Source: a virus. Taken from it: a stretch of DNA of 64,000 bases. This document shows, in pieces, positions 9,716 to 20,014 of this stretch (positions are counted from its first letter, which is position 1; each line of letters opens with the position of its first letter). The stretch spans positions 16,277 through 80,276 of IMG/VR virus record IMGVR_UViG_3300037520_000900, one strand, 5' to 3'. The translations under genes and the position numbers were made by a program. The notes below the pieces were generated by a model. That model was not told the DNA's origin, did no database searches, and saw only the letters and a list, made by a program, of their open reading frames with translations.

Positions 9716-9852
9716 ATTTTTTTAAGTTTTGTCAAAATGTAGTCAAGTTGTTTTTCTGTAATTATTATGTTTTGTTTTTTGTGTGAAAACGTTTTTTTTG
9801 AATCGCTTTCTAAATTCAAACTTTCTTTGATGTATTTTTTTTCTATTTTCAT
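9712..9852 (-). CDS. 46-aa micro-protein (MKIEKKYIKES…NIIITEKQLDYILTKLKKI)
   Basis: Not in ORF track; own TATTTATA at 9864-9871; ATGA overlap couples it to the HAD gene. Confidence 0.7.
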   Translation of the reverse strand: MKIEKKYIKESLNLESDSKKTFSHKKQNIIITEKQLDYILTKLKKI

Positions 9853-9874
9853 AATTTTTTATTTATAAATATAT

Positions 9875-9900
9875 AATGGGGAATATTTCTACTCCCCATT
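9875..9900 (-). terminator. Hairpin / terminator after tail sheath gene
   Basis: AATGGGGA…TCCCCATT inverted repeat. Confidence 0.6.
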
Positions 9901-9915
9901 AATTTTATTTTTTTA

Positions 9916-12900
9916 TTAAACGTCATCAAAAGATGCACCTGTTGGTGTTATAACAAACTCGATATCAATATATTCTAACGCTCTTGTTGGTTTCAAATAA
10001 ATTTTACCTGTTAAAGTGTTTGAATCTAAATCTTCAGGAGTGTTTGAAACTGTAACTCTAAAGTCAATTAAACCTCTATCTCTTCTAATTGAATCCAAAA
10101 TTGGGTTCACTGAATCTAAGAAGTCTTGTCTAACTTTATCGTCGTTTTGTTCAAATAGTAATCTTACTGCAACTGCTGAAATTAATTTTCTTGCTTGTAA
10201 TAATAATCTTCTTACATTGATTCTGTCAAGTGCAGACTCTCTAACTTGTAATGTTTTATTACCCCAAATTACAGTTCCAACATCAGAGAAAGTGGCGATT
10301 GGGTTCAATCTTCCTTTATATAAAGTATCTCTATCATCTTGGGTCAGTTTTCTTCTTGCTTTAATCGCGTTTACAATACCACGAGTGTAACCTGCCGAAG
10401 CAAACCAAGGAAATGCAATATTGTCAGTTAATGCCAAGTTTTTAGTTACCTCTGCAGTTGGTGGTAAATAAAGTTGTGTATTATTAACTGAGTCTCTTGT
10501 TAATACCCACGGGTAATAAGTTGCGGTATAATTAGAATCAATTCCAGTATCTTCTAAGTTATCCACTGCCTGTTGTGGGTATATTAAACCTTCTTCTAAA
10601 TCATTGTATGTTGGTAAGAATAAATCAAAATCAGGAGTTGTACAAATATAAACTGAATCCGCTCTGTCTGTTTCAACCATATCTATCGCCAACTCAACAA
10701 GATTTGAATTATTAACATAATCAATACCAGGTGTTGTAAATACGTTAATGTTAACCGCTTCAGGGTTTGCGAAAGTTTGTTGACCCCATAAATAAGCGTA
10801 GTAGTCAGTATTTGCCCAAGTCTCTTGGTTAGGTCCTGAAATTTGTTTGAAAGCTCCCCATCCTGTAGCAGTTGGGTATGTTATTGATGCTTCCGCACCT
10901 GCTTTGTAACCTGCTTGACCTAATGCGAAAGTATCCTCATTTGTTCTATATTCTCTATATATGTCCCATCCATCAAAACCACCATAAGCAAAAACAGTAA
11001 ATTTACGTGTATTCAAACGGAAGTATGGGTTATTACTATCATTTGGTTCACTATTAAATGACCCAACACCAACTTCAAATGCTGCTGTTTGACCTGAAGT
11101 TAAAGTGTTATATTGTGTAATAACTGTTGCTCCACTATCCATGTGAAAACCTTTAGTGGTATAACCCCAATCAATACCTTCAGTATCGGTACCTAAATTT
11201 ATAGGAACTCGTTTTCCTTTATATTCAAAGAAATCATAATCAATTCCTGTAATATTAGAAATTCCTAAGTATGCTCTTCTTGGGTTTTCACCGTTTGAAA
11301 TAACTGGGTTATCTCCACCGTTAGATGATCCAAAAGGAGGGTTATAAATCAATTCACCTGGTTGTAAATATTTAGTTTTATAAACCATAAATGGTGGTGT
11401 TGCGTTTGAGTATTCTCTCATGTTGTAACCCTCAAAACCACAAGGAAGCGCATCTACAGGAGCCTCATCGCTCATGTCTAACATGATATATTTTGATTTA
11501 ACTTGATACTCGCCGTTAGATGTACCAATTTTATTTGCCACATAATTATTCTGATTTGGATCTAACGAACAATTAGTGAAACTTTCTATAACTCTAACAT
11601 TTTGATCAGTATCAAAGAAATCTCTAACAAATAAATCAAATGTTGAGTTATTGAATGACATGTTTGCTACCGATATTTTAACTAACCTGTTTGCCGCATT
11701 ACCATCAGAAATTAATTTAGCCTTAAATAATTTATAAACTTTATTACCTCTTAGTTCAGAAACAAAATACGGAGTTTCTGGTGTTTGGAATTGCTCAAGA
11801 TAAAATGCGATTGATCCTGTATCATTTTGTCTTACACCACCTAAATCAATCCAATCACTATAAAGTCCTCTAATTTTACCTTGTCTATAACCTGTTGTTA
11901 AAAGTGCAGGGTAAGCCTCCTCAACAAATAAAGGAACTTCCGTTCTATCTTTTCCAAAATTACTTCTACCAAATACCTTAGAAATATATTTTGAATCTGT
12001 TGTTAACATAGATGTTTCAAAACTAAAGTTATCTCCGTCTTGAGTCACACCAGAAACTAAGAACGTATCAAAAGGATCTCTGGTTACTCCAACATAATCT
12101 CCTGAAGTAATTAATATTGTATCTGTTTTAGCTGATACTTCATATCTAGGTCCGTCCTGTGTTGATGAGTAAGTTGAAATACCTCTTGATCTTAATGTTG
12201 CAACAACTAAATCATCAAATTCTAAATAAGGCGTTCCTGAATATTGTGTAAACATAATATTACAAGAACCAGAATAAGAACCTGCGGTTGCTCCCGTACT
12301 TATAGCATCTAAACTAATACCAAAACCAAATCCAAAATATGATGATGCATCTGTTGATGGGTTTTGTGAATATGCGAATTGAGAATAAAACCAAGGATCG
12401 TTAGTTGATGATGATAATGTGTTATTTGCAACATCTATACTACTAACCCCATAAGTCTCAGTTACTGAAGTAATGGTATTAACAGGTGTTGACGTTCCCG
12501 TAATGTAAGTAATAACTCCACCACTTACACTACCCCAAAATTGAGCTGATGTGCCTGATGATGGATTTGCAGTTGAAAACAAAGTTATTTCGTTTGATAA
12601 ATACGCTTGAATATCACTATTAATTGTTGATGTTGAGTTATCATAGTTAGTGTATGTTGCATTTATAACTGTTGATAAAATAGCTGGAATATTAATTAAT
12701 GATATTGATGACGGATTACCAGTTAACCCTGTAAATTGAAAGGTTGATGTAGTATTACCCGTAGCACCAATTGTTGACGGATCAACATTACCCATCGTTG
12801 TAATTGACCAAGAAGGTCCTGCGTCGTAACCTGACAAACCAAGTACTCTTGTTACGAACAATTGATTTGATTGTTGTAAATACGCCTTAGCAATATAAGA

Positions 12901-13131
12901 TGTTTCGTATTTTGGTATTTGGGTGTTTACATATTTTTCAGGACTAGTTGAACCAAAATATACTTGGTACTCATCAAAATTTGTGATGAATATTGGTTCA
13001 AATGCCGGACCCTGTAAAGTCTCCCCAACAATACCTAAAGTTGTAACGCCGACACTTTGTGCGACGAATGTTAAATCTCTTTCTGAAGTATAAACCCCCG
13101 GAGATACAAATACTTTGTTAGATGAAGCCAT
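9916..13131 (-). CDS. gp18: Tail sheath protein (T4 gp18-like)
   Basis: N-terminal SPGVYTSERD; C-terminal PWFASAGYTRG, NPI…WGNKT…RINVRRL…FEQND…KPTRALEYI. Confidence 0.95.
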   Translation of the reverse strand: MASSNKVFVSPGVYTSERDLTFVAQSVGVTTLGIVGETLQGPAFEPIFITNFDEYQVYFGSTSPEKYVNTQIPKYETSYIAKAYLQQSNQLFVTRVLGLSGYDAGPSWSITTMGNVDPSTIGATGNTTSTFQFTGLTGNPSSISLINIPAILSTVINATYTNYDNSTSTINSDIQAYLSNEITLFSTANPSSGTSAQFWGSVSGGVITYITGTSTPVNTITSVTETYGVSSIDVANNTLSSSTNDPWFYSQFAYSQNPSTDASSYFGFGFGISLDAISTGATAGSYSGSCNIMFTQYSGTPYLEFDDLVVATLRSRGISTYSSTQDGPRYEVSAKTDTILITSGDYVGVTRDPFDTFLVSGVTQDGDNFSFETSMLTTDSKYISKVFGRSNFGKDRTEVPLFVEEAYPALLTTGYRQGKIRGLYSDWIDLGGVRQNDTGSIAFYLEQFQTPETPYFVSELRGNKVYKLFKAKLISDGNAANRLVKISVANMSFNNSTFDLFVRDFFDTDQNVRVIESFTNCSLDPNQNNYVANKIGTSNGEYQVKSKYIMLDMSDEAPVDALPCGFEGYNMREYSNATPPFMVYKTKYLQPGELIYNPPFGSSNGGDNPVISNGENPRRAYLGISNITGIDYDFFEYKGKRVPINLGTDTEGIDWGYTTKGFHMDSGATVITQYNTLTSGQTAAFEVGVGSFNSEPNDSNNPYFRLNTRKFTVFAYGGFDGWDIYREYRTNEDTFALGQAGYKAGAEASITYPTATGWGAFKQISGPNQETWANTDYYAYLWGQQTFANPEAVNINVFTTPGIDYVNNSNLVELAIDMVETDRADSVYICTTPDFDLFLPTYNDLEEGLIYPQQAVDNLEDTGIDSNYTATYYPWVLTRDSVNNTQLYLPPTAEVTKNLALTDNIAFPWFASAGYTRGIVNAIKARRKLTQDDRDTLYKGRLNPIATFSDVGTVIWGNKTLQVRESALDRINVRRLLLQARKLISAVAVRLLFEQNDDKVRQDFLDSVNPILDSIRRDRGLIDFRVTVSNTPEDLDSNTLTGKIYLKPTRALEYIDIEFVITPTGASFDDV

Positions 13132-13224
13132 TTTTAAATCTTTTGTTTTTTATAATTTATTTTTCTATATAAATACCGCACTCAATAGCAAAAAGCTTTG
13201 ATTTTTTTTATAAAAAAATATATG

Positions 13225-13253
13225 GTATGAAAAATTTCTGCCTTTTTTCATAC
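13225..13253. promoter_or_regulatory. Inverted repeat, putative operator (GTATGAAAAA-N9-TTTTTCATAC)
   Basis: Perfect 10-bp arms between the divergent sheath and RHH genes; third GTATGAA overlaps the RHH start codon. Confidence 0.55.
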
Positions 13254-13274
13254 TAATAAACTATTTATTCCGGT

Positions 13275-13424
13275 ATGAAGAAAATCAAAAACATTAAAAT
13301 TTCTGAAGAAGTTCACGACGTTTTAAAAAAATATTGTGAAGAAAAAGGATATAAAATTCACAAGTTTTTAGAAAAGTTGATTTTAAAAACATGCCAAAAA
13401 GAAAAAGATATTTACGGAGAATAA
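13275..13424 (+). CDS. Ribbon-helix-helix DNA-binding protein (49 aa)
   Basis: Not in ORF track. MKKIKNIKISEEVHDVLKKYCEEKGYKIHKFLEKLI: alternating beta strand, helix, G-x turn, helix. TATTTAT at 13262. Confidence 0.75.
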   Translation: MKKIKNIKISEEVHDVLKKYCEEKGYKIHKFLEKLILKTCQKEKDIYGE

Positions 13425-14465
13425 CTATATTATATATGTAACCGTCTTTAGTGTCGAAGATTCAGATACGTTATTTTTAGTTACAATTATTTTTAAAGTA
13501 TCACCATTAGTTATTTGAATAGTTCCTATATTATCCCCAACATAATTGTTATTTATATAGACAGAATATGCGTCTACATTGATTGTATTTTCTACCACAA
13601 TGTCTGCAGTATAATTAAATAATTCACTAACTTGGGTATTAGCACTAACAAATAAAATATCTAAATCAAAATTATCGGGTCTTGGTGGTTCTATTTTAAT
13701 TTTTCTTTTTCTTGTTTTAGTGTCCACTTCTAACATAGTAACCGCCCTTGTTATTGCTGGAGAAACTTGAAATTCCTCTTCATCGATTAGTAAACCCTTT
13801 AAAGTGATTTTATAATTTGCAATATAGTATTTTCTTTTTTCAAGTTCTTTTGACGATTCATCAGAAACATCGTCCATTATTATGGGTAAATAGTGTCCTT
13901 TTACATTTACGTACGCTTGTTTTGATGTGAATGTTTGCATGAATATTTTATTAAATTCATTCAACTCCCTCATTCTATTACAGAATAGTTTTATATTATA
14001 GGTAATGTCAACAGGTATTGGTTGAGGTATTTTATAAACGTCAGCACCTTTTCTTTGCCCGTCCCAAGTTGGCACAGTATAATAATGAAAATGTTTTCTT
14101 TCAGGGATATTCGCTAACCCTCCTTGTAATGTTCCGTATTTAACTTCGGGCATTCTAACTGTAGTGACAAAAGGTAATTTAATATTTTTATCTAAATCAT
14201 TAAAGTTCCAAGTTGTTGTAAATTGTGCCCAATTTTGATTTGTAATTATTTTATCAATTGTTGGTACTTTTTTTCCGTCAACAACAAGTTTCAATCTTTC
14301 TTTTACAAAATCTAAAATACCTTTATCTAAATCCGCATGTAAAACACCTTTTGGTAAAAAAGTTCCGTCATCAGTTATTTGATCTAATAACTCTTGTCTT
14401 CTTTCTTTACCGACCTTTTCTGGCACTAATGGTAAATGTTTTTTTATTTTTTTTGGTAATGCCAT
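13425..14465 (-). CDS. Tail completion / sheath stabilizer protein (gp15-like)
   Basis: LPFVTTVR…PQPIPVDITYNIKLF…ELNE pattern; synteny upstream of sheath. Confidence 0.65.
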   Translation of the reverse strand: MALPKKIKKHLPLVPEKVGKERRQELLDQITDDGTFLPKGVLHADLDKGILDFVKERLKLVVDGKKVPTIDKIITNQNWAQFTTTWNFNDLDKNIKLPFVTTVRMPEVKYGTLQGGLANIPERKHFHYYTVPTWDGQRKGADVYKIPQPIPVDITYNIKLFCNRMRELNEFNKIFMQTFTSKQAYVNVKGHYLPIIMDDVSDESSKELEKRKYYIANYKITLKGLLIDEEEFQVSPAITRAVTMLEVDTKTRKRKIKIEPPRPDNFDLDILFVSANTQVSELFNYTADIVVENTINVDAYSVYINNNYVGDNIGTIQITNGDTLKIIVTKNNVSESSTLKTVTYII

Positions 14466-14980
14466 TATATCCCTTTGAATTCATTTTCATTAACAGGTGA
14501 AGCAATAATTGATCTGTAGAATCTTTTATACCCACCGTAAGTATGTTTGTTGTCAGTAAATACCCTTCCGTCATTGACGACAGAATAATACCTAACTCTA
14601 TCTTCAGTCTCATAGTACCCAATGTAGTCACCATATTCAATTTCAATTCCCATCTCGTCTAAGTGTTTTTGATATACACCGACCTTTAAATTTCCTGGTT
14701 CCATTTGTGTTAGTTTAGAAGAACCATAATCTGTATTTGCCGGAGCCTCAACTTGAACATATCCTTTAAATTCTACTGGGGGTAAAAATTGGATTCCGTC
14801 CTCTAATGTTTCACCATAAACATCATCATTATTGGTTCTTTGTTTATCAACTCTATATAAAACAAGTGTAAAGTTCATGTCTCCATGTAACCACTCTTCA
14901 CCCATATTAATATCTAAATTAAAATCTTCTTCTGAGAAGAATTTATTTAATCTTGTAATTGGAACTTTATTCTGTGACAT
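14465..14980 (-). CDS. Neck / head-closure protein (gp14-like)
   Basis: LYRVD…DDVYGE…F-PPVEFKG…GDYI pattern; synteny. Confidence 0.65.
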   Translation of the reverse strand: MSQNKVPITRLNKFFSEEDFNLDINMGEEWLHGDMNFTLVLYRVDKQRTNNDDVYGETLEDGIQFLPPVEFKGYVQVEAPANTDYGSSKLTQMEPGNLKVGVYQKHLDEMGIEIEYGDYIGYYETEDRVRYYSVVNDGRVFTDNKHTYGGYKRFYRSIIASPVNENEFKGI

Positions 14981-15002
14981 ATAATATAAATACTATTAAA
15001 AC

Positions 15003-15029
15003 AAAAAACCCACCTTTATGGGGTGGGTT
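15003..15029 (-). terminator. Intrinsic terminator
   Basis: AACCCACC-N-GGTGGGTT hairpin plus U tract. Confidence 0.8.
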
Positions 15030-15049
15030 ATTTATTAGATTATTTTTTT

Positions 15050-15559
15050 TTAATATCCTCCATATCTTTTTCTATCTCTATCTAAATGTCTACGTAATTC
15101 TTGTCTTCTTTTACTAGTGTCATTAATACCCGTCTCATCTTGATATTTTTTAAATGAACTTTCCCATTTTGAAATATCGTCATCAAAATCTTTTAAATAT
15201 GGTGCGTTTTTCTTAAAATCATCCACTTTTGTTCCAAGTTCGTCATATTCACTTTGATAAGCGTCCACATCAAAATCCGAAGGTCTATTTTTAACAACAT
15301 CAGAATATCTATCTTCTTCTTGTTTTGCTCTATAATCACGTTTTTTATTTTTTAACTCCATATGTCTTGGTTCGTCCCTCCATTTTTCAAATTCAGGTTC
15401 AAATAAATCAATATCACCATCAAAATCGTTTAGGTACGGTGCTTTAGATCTAATATCTTGAAGTTCCATTTCATCTTCATCTGACCATTCATTCTCTCTA
15501 ATTACTCGTCTTACAATTCTTGTAAGATCTGATTCAGTTAATCTAACTATTCTTTTCAT
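15050..15559 (-). CDS. Acidic hypothetical protein, putative internal head protein
   Basis: N-terminal MKRIVRLTESDLTRIVRRVIRE tag; internal duplication APYL(N/K)DFD(G/D)DI; TATTTATA upstream. Confidence 0.6.
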   Translation of the reverse strand: MKRIVRLTESDLTRIVRRVIRENEWSDEDEMELQDIRSKAPYLNDFDGDIDLFEPEFEKWRDEPRHMELKNKKRDYRAKQEEDRYSDVVKNRPSDFDVDAYQSEYDELGTKVDDFKKNAPYLKDFDDDISKWESSFKKYQDETGINDTSKRRQELRRHLDRDRKRYGGY

Positions 15560-15656
15560 CGTTTTTTTTTTGATTTATTATTTTTTCATATAAATATATA
15601 GTTAAAAAAAAAAGATTGATTTTTTTATATTATTTACTATTTTTATTTATAATATA

Positions 15657-17420
15657 ATGGAAGAACTAATTTCAAAAACTCCCGAAACAAGAGCCGTTCA
15701 ATTGTTAGAAGAATATGAAGGGTCAAATAACTATATCTTGGCGTTAAAATACAAAAAGAATAATAGTAAATCATTTACACCCACAAGATCACAGGCCGAA
15801 TACATTATAAATTTTCACGGACGAACACCAAAAGTTGCAAAAAAATGGGTCAAACTTGATTCGTATTTTGGTAAAAAAATGATGGAAGAAAAAATGTACA
15901 CCAAAGAACCAACAGAGATATATGTTGAGAAACTTTTGGTTGAGAAAGACAAATCATATCATATTTGGGGTAAGATATTTAGTGGTGATACCGTACATGA
16001 CTTTTGGTTACCAAAATCGGCACTTATAAAAGATAACGAAGTGAAAAACGTTATTGTTGATTACAACAAATACAACCATAGACTTCCGATGGATCACCAA
16101 AAAGAGGCGATCACTAAATTGGTTGGTAACAAAAAATTCATATTGGCTGATGATATGGGACTTGGTAAAACTACATCAACGATAATATCCGCACTTGAAA
16201 CGGGAGCAAAAAAAATATTAATAGTTTGTCCAGCATCTTTAAAAATAAATTGGCAACGTGAAATTGAAAATTATTCAGATAGGTCTGTTTATATTTCGGA
16301 AGGTAAAAAATTTTCTACTGAATCTGATTTTGTTATAATTAATTATGACATATTAAAAAACTTTCACGACCCAAAAAAGAAAGACGACTCTATTATTTTA
16401 AATTCTAATTTTGATTTGGTAATTATGGACGAAGCTCACATGATTTCAAATCCACAAGCACAAAGAACAAAAATTGTAAATGATTTATGTGGAAAGGTTG
16501 AAAGAGTTTGGTTATTAACAGGAACCCCAATGACATCAAGACCAATGAACTATTATAATCTTTTAAGTTTGGTTGAAAGCCCTGTTGCTGCAAATTGGAT
16601 GGCTTATGCTAAAAGATACTGTAATGGGTTTCAATTTAGTGTTGGAAAAAGAAAAGTATGGAATGTAGCTGGAGCCTCTAACTTGGATGAACTAAGAGAA
16701 AGAACTCAATCACATATTTTAAGAAGATTAAAAGAAGACGTATTAGATTTACCCGATAAAATTATTACACCTGTTTATTTAAGATTAAAGTCAAAAGATT
16801 ATGAAGAACTTATGGGGGAATACTTCAATTGGTATGACAACAACTCAGAAGAGTCATCATCTTTAACAATTCAGTTTGGAAAACTAATGAAAGTTAGAAA
16901 GGTGATTGCTGAAGAAAAAGTTAAAAACACAATTGAATTGGCTGAAAATATTATTGAACAAGGGAAAAAAGTAATCATATTTACAAATTTTACAGACACA
17001 TTACGAACAATTTATGAACACTTTGAAAAACAGGCGGTTTATTTAGACGGGTCTTGTTCAAAACCTCACCGACAAAAAGCTGTGGACGATTTTCAAGAAA
17101 ATGATAAAATTAAAGTTTTTGTTGGTAATTTAAAAGCTGCTGGTGTTGGTATTACATTAACCTCAGCAGAAGCCGTAATCATGAATGATTTATCCTTTGT
17201 TCCTGCAGAACACGCACAAGCAGAAGACAGGTCTCATAGAATAGGTCAAAAAAATTCAACTTCAGTTTATTACCCTTTATTTGAAAACACAATAGAGGGT
17301 GTGATCTATGACATTTTAAATAGAAAGAAAAAAATCATATCAACAGTCATGGGTGATGACATGATGGAAGACGCATCTTCAATTGAAGAAATGTTAAATT
17401 TAATTTCTTCTAAGAGGTGA
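15657..17420 (+). CDS. SNF2 / HARP-like (SF2) helicase
   Basis: ILADDMGLGKT, DEAH, LLTGTP, QAEDRSHRIGQ. Confidence 0.95.
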   Translation: MEELISKTPETRAVQLLEEYEGSNNYILALKYKKNNSKSFTPTRSQAEYIINFHGRTPKVAKKWVKLDSYFGKKMMEEKMYTKEPTEIYVEKLLVEKDKSYHIWGKIFSGDTVHDFWLPKSALIKDNEVKNVIVDYNKYNHRLPMDHQKEAITKLVGNKKFILADDMGLGKTTSTIISALETGAKKILIVCPASLKINWQREIENYSDRSVYISEGKKFSTESDFVIINYDILKNFHDPKKKDDSIILNSNFDLVIMDEAHMISNPQAQRTKIVNDLCGKVERVWLLTGTPMTSRPMNYYNLLSLVESPVAANWMAYAKRYCNGFQFSVGKRKVWNVAGASNLDELRERTQSHILRRLKEDVLDLPDKIITPVYLRLKSKDYEELMGEYFNWYDNNSEESSSLTIQFGKLMKVRKVIAEEKVKNTIELAENIIEQGKKVIIFTNFTDTLRTIYEHFEKQAVYLDGSCSKPHRQKAVDDFQENDKIKVFVGNLKAAGVGITLTSAEAVIMNDLSFVPAEHAQAEDRSHRIGQKNSTSVYYPLFENTIEGVIYDILNRKKKIISTVMGDDMMEDASSIEEMLNLISSKR

Positions 17421-17432
17421 TATTTATAATAC

Positions 17433-18524
17433 ATGAAAGTTAATATCACCTATAAAGGTTATGTTCCGACAAAAGAACAAAAAAGTCTTTTTGAAAAATT
17501 TATAGATTTTTTAAAAAAATCACACCCATTAAAAAAAGATATTGATATTGTCTTTACCAAAGAAAGATACGGTAAGATGACAACAGGTGTAAGAACAAAA
17601 GATGACCTTATAAAAATTTTAGTAAAAGATAGATTAAATAGGGATATTCTAAAAACATTGTCTCATGAGTGGATGCACGAATATCAAAGAACGATATTAG
17701 GTAGAAAAAAAGGACCTAACATTGGTGGTAAAAATGAAGATGAAGCAAACGCTGTTTCAGGGGCCGATGTAAAAAAATTTGAAAAGGGTAACGAAAAACT
17801 AGAAAAAATAATTTACAAAAAATTTCAAAACAAAATTGATAAAATTGAAGAGGGGTTAAATGTCGAGTCATTCAATAATAAACTTTTAATAAATGAAATT
17901 AAAAAAGTTAGTATTGAAAGTTTACCTTATGGTTATGGGGACTTAACAAATTTTATTGACTCTGAAACTATGAAAACTCATTACACAAAACACTACAAAG
18001 GTTATGTTGATAAATTAAACGTTGAATTAGAAAAAGTTAAAGGTAAAGATATTGATTTAGAAGAAATTATTACAAAAATATCAAAATTTAATAATAAAGT
18101 TAAAAATAATGGTGGGGGGGCTTTCAACCACGCATTATTTTGGAAAATGTTGTCACCAAAAAAACAAACAATTCAGGACCCAATAAAAAATGAAATTGAA
18201 AAAAACTTTGGTTCTTTTGAAAAATTTAAAGAAAAATTTGAAGAAGAATCAAAAAATAGATTTGGTTCAGGTTGGGTTTGGTTAATACTAACCGACACCA
18301 ACAGATTAAAGATTGTCTCAACGTCAAATCAAGATAACCCACTTATGAATACAGAAAAAGAACGGGGTTATCCGTTATTAGGTCTTGATGTTTGGGAACA
18401 TGCATACTATTTAAAATATAAAAACAAAAGAGACGATTACGTAAAAAACTTTTGGAAAGTTGTTAATTGGAGTTTTGTAAATGATCAATATACAACAAGA
18501 GTAGATATAAACAAATCAAAATAA
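17433..18524 (+). CDS. sod: Fe/Mn superoxide dismutase fused to an N-terminal zincin-like (HExxH) domain
   Basis: LPYGY…HYTKHYKGY…FNHALFW…FGSGWVWL…DVWEHAYY; N-terminal HEWMH…EDEANA. Confidence 0.9.
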   Translation: MKVNITYKGYVPTKEQKSLFEKFIDFLKKSHPLKKDIDIVFTKERYGKMTTGVRTKDDLIKILVKDRLNRDILKTLSHEWMHEYQRTILGRKKGPNIGGKNEDEANAVSGADVKKFEKGNEKLEKIIYKKFQNKIDKIEEGLNVESFNNKLLINEIKKVSIESLPYGYGDLTNFIDSETMKTHYTKHYKGYVDKLNVELEKVKGKDIDLEEIITKISKFNNKVKNNGGGAFNHALFWKMLSPKKQTIQDPIKNEIEKNFGSFEKFKEKFEEESKNRFGSGWVWLILTDTNRLKIVSTSNQDNPLMNTEKERGYPLLGLDVWEHAYYLKYKNKRDDYVKNFWKVVNWSFVNDQYTTRVDINKSK

Positions 18525-18552
18525 CCAGATATTTATATAGAAATATATATCT

Positions 18553-19674
18553 ATGGCCTCTACTGTAATTATTACCGGTCCTGAAAGAGAAGCACTTTAT
18601 AAAAGAATAAGAAATTTACTTGGTGCCCCTCTTCGTTCAGTTGAATTAGAAGACGAAATGTTAGATTCTCTTTTAGAACTTTCTATTGAAGATTATGAAC
18701 AACATATCCAAGATTGGCTAATTGAAGCTCAATGGACTTCTGTTTATGGTTTAAATTTAGATGAACAATCAATAACAAGAGCACTTACAACTCGTGATAT
18801 GAATTGGGAAACTCAATACACTTACGCATATTCAAAAATTGTAGGACTACAGGCTGGTGGGGATTGGGTATTAGAAAAAGATTATATTGATTTAGTCCCT
18901 AACCAACAAATGTATGAAATACCGGCAGGTAGAGAAGTCAATGAATTATTATGGTTTGCTCGTTCTGAATTAGATGCTGCTTACTTCGATCCATTTATGG
19001 GTGGATTTGGTGGATTTGGTGGTATTGGTCTTGGTGGTGGTGCGGGGTTTTCTCAAATGGGGACTACCGGTAATTATTTTATTACACCAGCTTCTGATAT
19101 TCTTTTAAGAATGGCAGATATACAAATGAAAAGAAGAATTATTACCGGAGATTTAACATATAGAATAACGGCACTTCCTGAAGGTAAAAAGGCCATACAT
19201 TTATATAATGTTCCTGGTGGTAAATTTGATTTTGGTAACATGCAAAGAAATAAATATAGAGTATGGTATTGGTATTACGATACTTTTGATAGGGAGGATT
19301 GTTTAGATAAAAATCCAGACGTTGTTAGATTACCTTCAGATGTTCCTTTAGAAAAATTAAGATGGGATAAATTAAATAACCCTTCTAAAACTTGGGTTAG
19401 AAGGTGGTTTACCGCATATTGTAAAGAAAGTCTTGCAAGGGTAAGAGGAAAATATAGTGGTAGTTTAAAAACACCTGATAGTGAATTAACTTTAGAATAT
19501 ACAACATTACAGTCAGAAGCAAAAGACGAAAAAACTATGTTGTGGGAAGAACTTAAAACTCGTTTAGAAAGATTAAGACCTGAGAAAATGATGGAGGCGA
19601 AAGCACTACAAGCAGAAAATTTAAACAAACTTTTAAAGTTCAGAGCATTTACAAGTCCGTATAATGTAATATAA
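18553..19674 (+). CDS. Neck protein (gp13-like)
   Basis: LGAPLRSVELED…WVRRWFTAYCKESLARVRGKYSG…P pattern. Confidence 0.8.
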   Translation: MASTVIITGPEREALYKRIRNLLGAPLRSVELEDEMLDSLLELSIEDYEQHIQDWLIEAQWTSVYGLNLDEQSITRALTTRDMNWETQYTYAYSKIVGLQAGGDWVLEKDYIDLVPNQQMYEIPAGREVNELLWFARSELDAAYFDPFMGGFGGFGGIGLGGGAGFSQMGTTGNYFITPASDILLRMADIQMKRRIITGDLTYRITALPEGKKAIHLYNVPGGKFDFGNMQRNKYRVWYWYYDTFDREDCLDKNPDVVRLPSDVPLEKLRWDKLNNPSKTWVRRWFTAYCKESLARVRGKYSGSLKTPDSELTLEYTTLQSEAKDEKTMLWEELKTRLERLRPEKMMEAKALQAENLNKLLKFRAFTSPYNVI

Positions 19675-19681
19675 ATATTTT

Positions 19682-20014
19682 ATGGGAATTTTCAGAAGTA
19701 TCTCTTCAAAAAAAATAATTAATGGTGTTGAAATTCAAACGTCCGATTTGGCTGTTATTACAAATGAAAATTACAAAACTAACGGAGAATCCGCAATAGT
19801 AATTAAAGGTGTTGAAAATTGTAATTTATTTTTAAATTCAACTACCACCGATCATATTGTAGTAAAGGCACTTACAAATGTTTTAGTGACATCAGATACT
19901 CTAATTGACGAAGAATTCAACGAGGTTGAGCTGACTAAAGGGTCTTGTGTTGAATTTAGAAAAATAGGTGACTTTTGGTATATACTTTCTTCGGACGGAT
20001 TAAAAAATTCTTAA
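19682..20014 (+). CDS. Small beta-rich hypothetical protein, likely structural
   Basis: ORF cotranscribed with neck gene. Confidence 0.5.
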   Translation: MGIFRSISSKKIINGVEIQTSDLAVITNENYKTNGESAIVIKGVENCNLFLNSTTTDHIVVKALTNVLVTSDTLIDEEFNEVELTKGSCVEFRKIGDFWYILSSDGLKNS

